Assembly: GCA_964016885.1 (NCBI GenBank)
Contig: OZ024748.1
Coordinates: forward strand, 46,500,001-46,564,000
Direction of reading: 5' to 3'
Source: Eledone cirrhosa
Taxonomy: Eukaryota
Length of the DNA: 64,000 nt
The first letter of the stretch is position 1. Each line of letters begins with the position of its first letter. The notes under the pieces are model-generated. The model did no database searches and had not been told where the DNA came from. It saw only the letters and a program-made list of their open reading frames with translations. A program made the translations under genes and the position numbers. Positions 54,206 to 64,000 of the stretch are shown in pieces.

Positions 54206-54723
54206 TCGTTCCTGTGTGATTATCTGTATGAATCTGTGTGTACGAGGTATGTGTTGATACACATGAAACTATAGAAAGTATTACTTAGCAGAAGACATAT
54301 GTAAATACATATGTAAAGACAATACTAAAGATTGTTAGAGTGAAGGTTTAAAGAACGTTGGTGTAAATGAAGAGATGTATACCTTGTATATCGATTTTGG
54401 AATCTCGTTTGCTTAGGAAACGGTTTTATAAAATCTAATGAAACTGAGAATGTTTATTGTTACGTTGATTTTTTTGTTGTTTTATGAATTGTTTGTTTGT
54501 TGTTTGTTTTAAAAAGATATTTATATTTCTGTTGTTTGCCTGTTTTTGTTGTTGTTGTTGTTGTTGTTGTTGTAGATTGTGGCGGTTTTGTTGTTTTTTT
54601 AGTTTTGTACGGTTGGTTTTGGTTAAGATACGGAAAAAAAATTTATATATATATATATTAATTTTTATACCTTTATATCATGCAGTCACTCGGTGGGTGT
54701 AGATAGATAGATAGAGCGAGCGA

Positions 54724-54770
<47 letters not shown>

Positions 54771-54847
54771 AGAGAGAGAGGGAGAGAGAGCTAGAGAGAG
54801 AGGAGAGAGAAAGATCTCTCTCTTTCTGTAAGTATATATGAGTGTAT

Positions 54848-54884
<37 letters not shown>

Positions 54885-55284
54885 GAATATTTAGAGAAAG
54901 ATATCTCTTTCTGTGTGTGTGTGTATATATACATATATATGCATACATACATACCTATATATATATATGTATATACACATATATATGTGTGAGTGTAATG
55001 AATATTTATGCTGAACACAGCGTATATTGAAAAATCGAAGATAAATTTAATGTAGACATAGCTACAGTTTATACGACTCGCTGTGAAAATGTATTGGAAC
55101 GTGAAAAATATTCCGTTATTCCCTATGTACACAGTAAAATAGTGGCGATTGCCTTTAAATGTTTCACGTCTAACTGGCCGTTCATCTGTAGACAAAGCTC
55201 TTTATCATTCACTCCACAAAATAGAGCTCGCTGCCTTGTACAAACATATATCGCAAGGAGCACAGAGAGAGAGAGAGAGAGGGT

Positions 55285-55368
<84 letters not shown>

Positions 55369-55369
55369 A

Positions 55370-55452
<83 letters not shown>

Positions 55453-56516
55453 GGAGAGAGAGAGAGAGAGAGTGTGTGTGTCAGAAACATACGCACACAC
55501 AGGATGCGTGGTAAACTCTATTTATAATGTTCGGTTTAATACTCCCACATAGTTCTTTGTTGCTTTTCATACAGACCACTCTGCTCCAAACCTGGTCTGG
55601 TTTCCAGTCTGTGAATACATTTCCACTTCACTCACTCCCACATTGTTGGAAACCCTGAAAAGTTGCCATGAGCAATGTTCTTTCCTACTTAATTAAACAT
55701 TAGAAACATATATAAAACACATACCCGAGAGACATTGCTATAATTTGGTTCCCGATTGTTTTGTGGTGGGGCTAACTAATATTCTGCGTCGGTACCCTAT
55801 CGCAAGGAACGTGTTTAAGTGGTGGGGAGTGATATTTAAAAAAAACTTTTTGTAAACTCATTATCGAAATCTGAGGATGCACTATGGAAAACATGTGTGT
55901 GTGGGGTGGGGAAGCAATGCCACCCAATGCCCATTCTTAGGGACGAGCCCGACGCGCGCAGACTGACCCCCCCCCCCCCCAGATTTCATATATAAAGAAT
56001 CCACGGTGTTCTTTGCTTTAAGTATTTTCTGTTGTCCATCATTTTAAAAATAAGTGTCTTTTGTGGTTATGAAAACGGAAAAGGAAGAGAAAGGCAAGAA
56101 CTCTAGGATAACAGAAGAATGGGCGGGGAGGAGAAAGATAATGGGCCCTAGGCCTAGGGCGCAGCTGTATTGGGGCTGCGTCCTTCAGACAAGACCGCAA
56201 AATCATTCCCACGAAATATTATTGAAAAAATATATTTGCCGAAGCAACTCTGTCGGGATTCGAACCCGGAACTTGAGGAATTACGGTAAATACTTTGAAA
56301 CTCACGTCAATCGTAATAGCAATTCAATGAACCGAATCTGTCCAATTCTAATGGCAATGAAATGTTATTGTTGTCATTTTTCACGATCCAAACTATTGCA
56401 GGGAAATATGCTGTAATTCTTCACATATATCCTGCTCAGACACTCACACCTATAAGCGTACATCTCTCTCTCCCTTTCCCCTCTCTCTCTTTATATATAT
56501 ATATATATATATATAT

Positions 56517-56808
56517 AATGTAAAAATTTGAACAGGGACAAGACAGAGAGGCAGTACAATAAATGTTTATTAATTTCACGCTCAGGAGAGTGGGGGGTAG
56601 GTGGGGGACGACGTTTCGGGCATAAGCCCTTCCTCAGGTGAGAAGTGTGTGGACCAAGTGTGGGAAGGTGTGTAAAGTTCGGAGAAAGGTCACGGCGGAT
56701 TAGATCGGGGTTGAGCCAGTTGTTAAGTTATGTTCCAAGGATGGAAGCCGTGTGAGCGTGTATTATATATAATGGAAAAATTTGAACAGGGACAAAACAG
56801 AGAGGCAG

Positions 56809-56810
<2 letters not shown>
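56517..56810 (-). mobile_element. 254-bp-period unit with terminal direct repeat and minimal hammerhead (56608-56640)
   Basis: AAAAATTTGAACAGGGACAARACAGAGAGGCAGTA at both ends; CUGAGGA-A-GGGC(uuau)GCCC-GAAA-CG-UC. Confidence 0.75.
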
Positions 56811-56849
<39 letters not shown>

Positions 56850-56852
<3 letters not shown>

Positions 56853-57405
56853 CGTTCTTCTGCCTCTCCTCTTTCTCTGTATCTTTACCCTCTCTAACAG
56901 TCACTCTCTCTGTTAGCCTCTTCCTCACCCTTCACTCACTCACTCTCTGTTACTACCTCTCCTCCTCCTCCTTCTTCCCGTTTGACCTGTGCGTAATTCT
57001 TTTATTTCGCACGCTTGGCCAGGCTGGTTCGCCTTTTTTCTCTCTCTCGTCTACGATTTCACAGAATTTATGTTCACCAAATTCACAGACTAGATTCCTT
57101 CTTCCTCCCGTTAGACCTGTACGGAATTCCTTCCTTGCTCACATTCCAACCAGGTTTGATGGTCTTTATTCTCTCTCGTTCACGATTTCACCGAACTTAT
57201 ATTCATGGAAATTTGGGACTTGACTCCTTCTTCCTAATTTTTCGTTGCTTCACCATCTTTGTTTGTTTACACTCTCGCTGTCCCCTTTATTTACGTATCC
57301 CAACGACTTTTTTTAGCCGTTGCTCGCACCAACCGGAGGTATATGGTCTTTAAAGCGAAGCAATACCTGTGATGGTTGGAAGATCACTGATGAAGGACCA
57401 CTTTA

Positions 57406-57410
<5 letters not shown>
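56850..57410 (+). mobile_element. Copy of the rearranged-hammerhead repeat
   Basis: Colinear with 21145-21555; GAAA is GCAA in this copy. Confidence 0.85.
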
Positions 57411-57448
<38 letters not shown>

Positions 57449-57547
57449 GTGTTAAACAATATTCAATGAGTATGTCAAGGAATGAATTAGATTGGAAGCA
57501 CTCTACGAGAAAAAAATTTAATTTTCCGGAGTTATTAATATTAAAAA

Positions 57548-57761
57548 ACAAATATTAATAAAATAGATGTTTTTTTGATTAATTACATTTTATTATACAT
57601 ATTTCGGATGTACTACCTTGATTAAATCTTAACCATTTAACATCTCAGGGTATGTCATGTATCATTATATTTTGTCTGATGAGGACGTACTGTTGTACAT
57701 CCGAAATATGTATATTAAAATGTAATTGATCAAAAGAACATCTATTTTATTAATATTTGTA

Positions 57762-57768
<7 letters not shown>
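57548..57768 (+). mobile_element. Fold-back element with hammerhead 57669-57721
   Basis: Inverse of 20460-20625. Confidence 0.8.
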
Positions 57769-57834
<66 letters not shown>

Positions 57835-57923
57835 TGTTTCATGTGATTACTCATCGTAAGAGTTCTATATCAGATAGTGTTTTACCAATATATCACAAAA
57901 CGTTATATAATAAACTAAAATAT

Positions 57924-58067
<144 letters not shown>

Positions 58068-58220
58068 TTATATATATATATACTTATATATATATACTTA
58101 TATATACTTATATATATATATATATATGTATATACTTATATATATATACATATATATATATAGACTTATATATATATATATATATATATACTTAGTTATA
58201 TGTATATACTTATATATATA

Positions 58221-58303
<83 letters not shown>

Positions 58304-58365
58304 ATATATATTTATATATATATATATATATAAATGAAAGGTATAGAAAACATTGTTGCAAAAAG

Positions 58366-58410
<45 letters not shown>

Positions 58411-58736
58411 ACACATAAATGAGTAGGGGAAATGACGTGTTAAGTCATATGTGCCTCTATTCTCACCTTTGTATAGACACACACACACACACACACACGC
58501 AGACACACACAGATACACACACACACACGCAGACACACACAGATACACACACACACGCAGACACACACAGATACACACACACACAGACACACACACATAT
58601 ACATAATGTACGTGTACGTGTATGTGTGTGTGTTGTTGTTGTTGTTGCCGTTATAGTTCCTGCGCCATTTATTTTTTCACCGGCATCACAATCCAATCGA
58701 ATACCAGTCGATATCGAATATCTCGAATATAGCTGA

Positions 58737-58779
<43 letters not shown>

Positions 58780-59401
58780 ATTCTCTTTCTCTATTCTCTC
58801 CACACTCTCTCACTATTCACCATCCCCCTCTCTCTATTCTCCCCATCTCCACCGCTCCCTCTCTCTCCTATTTCTCCCTCCCAATTCCCTTTCTCTATTC
58901 TCTTCACTCCCTCTCTCACTATTCACCCCTCCCTCCTCTCCCCGAATTCTCTTTCTCTATTCTCTTCACTCCCTCTCTCGCACTATTCCCCATCCCACCC
59001 TCACTCTTCCTCTCCTATTTATCCTCCCAATTCTCTTTCTATTCACTCCCTCTCTCACTATTCCCCATCCCCCCTCACTCTCTCTCTCCTATTTATCCTC
59101 CCACTTCTCTTTCTCTATTCTCTTCACTCCCTCTCTCACTATCCCCCCTCTCCCTCTCCTATTTCTCCCTCCCAATTCTCTTTCTCTATTCTCCTCTCCA
59201 CCCCCACCCCCGTCCTCTATTCTCCCCATCCCCACGGCTACCCCCCTCTCTCTCTCTGTCTTTGATCTATGCCAATTACCCAATGGACAATACCGTTACC
59301 AATAGAATAGATAGGAAGCTGATGGAATTGGAAGCCTTTTGAAGGTGAGTTTATTTAGATGACAGAATCAGCAATCTGTGTGACAATCCCACACACACAC
59401 A

Positions 59402-59446
<45 letters not shown>

Positions 59447-59519
59447 CCACACACACTCTCTCATGTATATAAACCTATATATATATAAACATATATATAT
59501 ATAAACATATATATATATA

Positions 59520-59562
<43 letters not shown>

Positions 59563-59854
59563 ACACATATATATAAGACTAATATACATATATATACACA
59601 CACACACATATATATATATATGTGTGTGTGTGTGTGTATATAATGTATATTACTCTTTATCTTTCTATCTATTTATCCCTCTAGCTATATATCAATCACT
59701 CTCTTCACACCTCTCTCTCAATCGCATCACCTCCTCCCATTTTCTCTCTTTTCACATCTCCACTGACTGTAACTCTCGCCCTCTCTCTATCTATCTATCT
59801 ATCTCTCACCCCCTCTCATTTCCTTTTTCTCTCCTGTTACGTATTCACTGGCTG

Positions 59855-59894
<40 letters not shown>

Positions 59895-59898
59895 CTCA

Positions 59899-59948
<50 letters not shown>

Positions 59949-60003
59949 CACTCACTGTCTTCACTTCTCTCTCCTTCTCTCTCTCTCTCACACACACACA
60001 CAA

Positions 60004-60057
<54 letters not shown>

Positions 60058-60102
60058 ACTCACTGTCTTCACCTCTCTCTCCCTCTCAATCTCTATCTAT
60101 CT

Positions 60103-61398
60103 ACTACCGCCTGACCGTAGTGCCCTGCCCAAGGGAAACCCTCACCAAGATGGAGCGCGCGCTCTTCCAATTCCTTTGGAAGAGGCGGGCTCCTATGGTG
60201 AGGAGATCCATCTGCTGTCAACACCCTTCGAAAGGAGGGCTGGGGATGCCGTGGCTAATGATGCGTAAACACGCATTAAGGCTACGGCACCTCTACGTAT
60301 TCCTCACCGGACAACCGGTGTGGGCCTCGTTTGTGAGACGAACCTTTCCCAGACTCGTCTCACTCACCGAGCTGCAATCCTGGGTCAAGCAAAGACCGAG
60401 AAAACTGGGCGCCTGGCACACTGAGTGTGCCCAGGCGCTCACCGCCCTCTGGCAGGCGGATCCGGTTATCAGTGGAGACTCCACCGCAACATTCTATAGA
60501 GGGCTGGTACGCAGCAGGTGCGACGACGCCCTCGGAGAAGCCCTAGACATGGAGGAGGACGAACTGGCCAGCCTGTTCGGTAGGACATTCAGCCCGGGAC
60601 CTATGGACAACTTCCAGAAGTCCCTGGCCTGGCAGTGCTACCGAGGGGCTTTACCCGTTCGAGAAAGGCTCTACAGACACGGGCGCCCGGGTAGGGACCC
60701 CGCCAAAAAGATCTGTCCCAGATGCGTGTGCGACGAGGAAACCGTTGCACACGCATTGTTACACTGCTCGGGCGTAGCCGATCTGTGGGGCTATGTCGAA
60801 CAACTGCTGTCAAGGGTGGGACCGATCCGGTTGACCACCGAGTCTATTGTAATGATCAAGCCGCCTCCCCCCTTCAAAGATGAAGCAGAGGCGGTGTTTC
60901 TGTGCGTAATAGCCATGGCGAAAGAGGTTGTATGGCGGACGCGTCTGAAAGGACTGAGGTCAGGCACCTTTCTCTCTGGCCAACAACTGGTGCGTTTCTT
61001 CCGATATCATTTCGGAAGAAGGATCAGGATGGAGAGAGAGGTGCTGCACCCCAGCCGTTTCTATGAAAGATGGGTGAAAGTGGCGAGAATGGCCCGTGTG
61101 AATGGGCCTTCACTCTACATCAGACTATAGGTGAGGAAGATGAAAGACCAAGGGAGCACCCCTTCTCTGTGCTCCTGAGGAGAAGGGTTGCACACTTTTT
61201 TCGGGGGTGTGTGCGACCCCCCAAGGCGCCTCCTCTCTATTGAGGATTTTGTTAAACATTTTATTTTTTGTTATATCTTATTTTATTTTTATATTTTGTT
61301 ATTGCCTCCTCCTTATTGAGGACGCCTTTTTGTGTAAACTCCCCCCTTTGTACTTGTCCCTCTTTTGATGCCCTAGTGGCAAATAAAAGAAACATATC
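60103..61398 (+). mobile_element. 5'-truncated Tx1/L1-like LINE (ORF2 post-RT region, CCHC zinc knuckle, 3' UTR)
   Basis: Open frame to 61130: FQFLWK...GGLGMP, CPRC...EETVAHALLHC; 3' end AATAAAAGAAACATATCT. Confidence 0.9.
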
Positions 61399-61654
61399 TA
61401 ACTATGTACCCCTCTCTTTACCTCTCTCACCCTCTCACTTCTCTATCATTACATATCCTCTAACTGTAACACTCCCCCTCTCTATCTCTATCAGTCTATC
61501 TATCTACGTATCTATTTACCTCTCTCACACTCTCGCTCCCCCTCTCTCTATTCATTGCATCTGTTTTTTTGTTTTTTATTTTTGTTCAGGTTATATTGTG
61601 GGTATATTTGTTAAGAGGTGTTGGCGGTAGTTTACCTGTGGTGATACCTGTGTG

Positions 61655-62445
61655 TGTTGTTGGTGGTGGTGGTGGTAGTGGTGGTAGTAGTAGAGCTGGT
61701 AGTGGTGGTGTTGGTGGTGGTAGTGGTAGTGGTGGTGGTGGTGGTGGTAGTAGTGTTAGTGGTGGTGGTGGTGGTGGTGGTAGTAGAGCTGGTAGTGGTG
61801 GTGGTGGTGGTGGTAGTAGAGCTGGTAGTAGAGCTGGTAGTGGTGGTGGTGGTACTAGAGCTGGTGGTGGTGGTGGTAATAGAGCTGGTAGTGGTGGTGG
61901 TGGTGGTGGTAGTACTGCTGGTGTGATGGTGGTGGTGGTGGTGGTGGTGTGAGTACTGGTGGTGGTAGTAGTGGTGGTACTGGTAATGTGATGGTGGTGG
62001 TTGTTGTTGTTGTGGTGCTAGTGGTGGTGGTGGGGCAGGAGGTGCTAGTGGTGGTGGTGGGGCAGGAGGTGCTAGTGGTGGTGGTGTGATGGTCGTGGTG
62101 GTGTGGTGGTAGTAGAGCTGGTAGTGGTGGTGGTGGGTAGTACTGGTGATGGAGGTGGTGGTGTGGTGGTGGTGGTAGTGGTTGATGCTGTGGTGGTGGT
62201 TGTGGTGGTGGTGCAGGAGGTGCTAGTGGTGGTGGTGGTGGCACTAGTGGTGTGATGGTGGTGATGGCTGTGTGATGGTGATGGTGATGGTGGTGGTGGG
62301 GGTGGTGATACCTGGGCGTGTTCGTGGTGGTAGTAGTACTGGTGGTGGTGGCGGTGCAGGTGGTGGTGGTAGTAGAGGTGTTGGTGGCGGTAATGGTAGT
62401 GGTGGTGATGGTGGTGGTAGTGGTGGTGATGGTAGTGGTGGTGCT
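61655..62445. repeat. (GGT)n-rich low-complexity tract
   Basis: Direct reading. Confidence 0.95.
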
Positions 62446-62519
62446 GGGGAAAAGATTATATTACCTGTGTGTATGTGAGATAGCCGTTCTGGGTTATAAT
62501 ACCTGCGACGACACGGAGT

Positions 62520-64000
62520 GGTGTATAGGTGTGTGTTGGCGTATAGGTGTGTGTTGGCGTATAGGTGTGTGTTGGCGTATAGGTGTGTGTTGGCGTATAT
62601 ATATGTTGGTGTATATGTATGTTGGTGTATATGTATGTTGGTGTATATGTATGTTGGTGTATATGTATGTTGGTGTATATATGTATGTTGGTGTATATGT
62701 ATGTTGGTGTATATGTATGTTGGTGTATATGTATGTTGGTGTATATGTATGTTGGTGTATATGTATGTTGGTGTATATGTATGTTGGTGTATATGTATGT
62801 TGGTGTATATGTATGTTGGTGTATATGTCTGTTGGTGTATATGTATGTTGGTGTATATGTATGTTGGTGTATATGTATGTTGGTGTATATATGTATGTTG
62901 GTGTATATATGTGTGTTGGTGTATATGTGAGTTGGTGTATATGTATGTTGGTGTATATGTATGTTGGTGTATATGTATGTTGGTGTATATGTATGTTGGT
63001 GTATATGTATGTTGGTGTATAGGTGTGTTGGTGTATATGTATGTTGGTGTATATGTATGTTGGTGTATATGTATGTTGGTGTATATATGTATGTTGGTGT
63101 ATATATGTGTGTTGGTGTATATGTGAGTTGGTGTATATGTATGTTGGTGTATATGTATGTTGGTGTATATGTATGTTGGTGTATATGTATGTTGGTGTAT
63201 ATGTCTGTTGGTGTATATATATATGTTGGTGTATATGTATGTTGGTGTATATGTGAGTTGGTGTATAAGTATGTTGGTGTATATGTCTGTTGGTGTATAT
63301 CTATGTTGGTGTATATGTGTGTTGGTGTATATGTGAGTTGGTGTATATGTATGTTGGTGTATATGTCTGTTGGTGTATATGTATGTTGGTATATATGTAT
63401 GTTGGTGTATATGTATGTTGGTGTATATGTATGTTGGTGTATACGTAGGTTGGTGTATATGTATGTTGGTGTATATGTATGTTGGTGTATATGTATGTTG
63501 GTGTATATGTATGTTGGTGTATATGTATGTTGGTGTATATGTATGTTGGTGTATATGTGAGTTGGTGTATATGTATGTTGGTGTATATGTATGTTGGTGT
63601 ATATGTATGTTGGTGTATATGTATGTTGGTGTATATGTATGTTGGTGTATATGTGAGTTGGTGTATATGTATGTTGGTGTATATGTATGTTGGTGTATAT
63701 GTATGTTTGTGTATATATATGTTGGTGTATATGTGTGTTGGTGTATATGTATGTTGGTGTATATGTATGTTGGTGTATATGTATGTTGGTGTATATGTAT
63801 GTTGGTGTATATGTGTGTTGGTGTATATGTATGTTGGTGTATATGTATGTTGGTATATATGTATGTTGGTGTATATGTATGTTGGTGTATATCTATGTTG
63901 GTGTATATATGTGTGTTGGTGTATATGTGAGTTGGTGTATATGTATGTTGGTGTATATGTGAGTTGGTGTATATGTCTGTTGGTGTATATCTATGTTGGT
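62520..64000. repeat. 16-bp minisatellite (GTTGGTGTATATGTAT)n running off the window
   Basis: Direct reading. Confidence 0.97.

Overview
Repeat-dense animal genomic DNA with no recognisable host gene. The SINE and microsatellite content suggests a cephalopod such as Octopus (inference). Most long ORFs in the track are translations of simple repeats. Real coding remnants are all retroelements: one near-complete but decayed Penelope-like element (PLE; RT + C-terminal GIY-YIG, 6.2-9.5 kb), three further PLE fragments and two 5'-truncated Tx1/L1-like LINEs. About 15 tRNA-type SINE copies and two mariner-like MITE copies are also present. The main signal is that many short segments between (TA)n tracts are non-coding tandem or fold-back elements carrying hammerhead ribozyme (HHR) motifs from more than ten families, i.e. 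retrozyme/pseudo-LTR-like units. These include near-identical 310-bp and 615-bp tandem arrays. Several motifs are non-canonical: U3-A8 cores, U4A cores, very long stem II, and one family whose three HHR strands lie in reversed (non-circularly permuted) order with compensatory base changes between copies. All structures were folded by eye and no activity has been tested. Element boundaries are approximate to a few bp.
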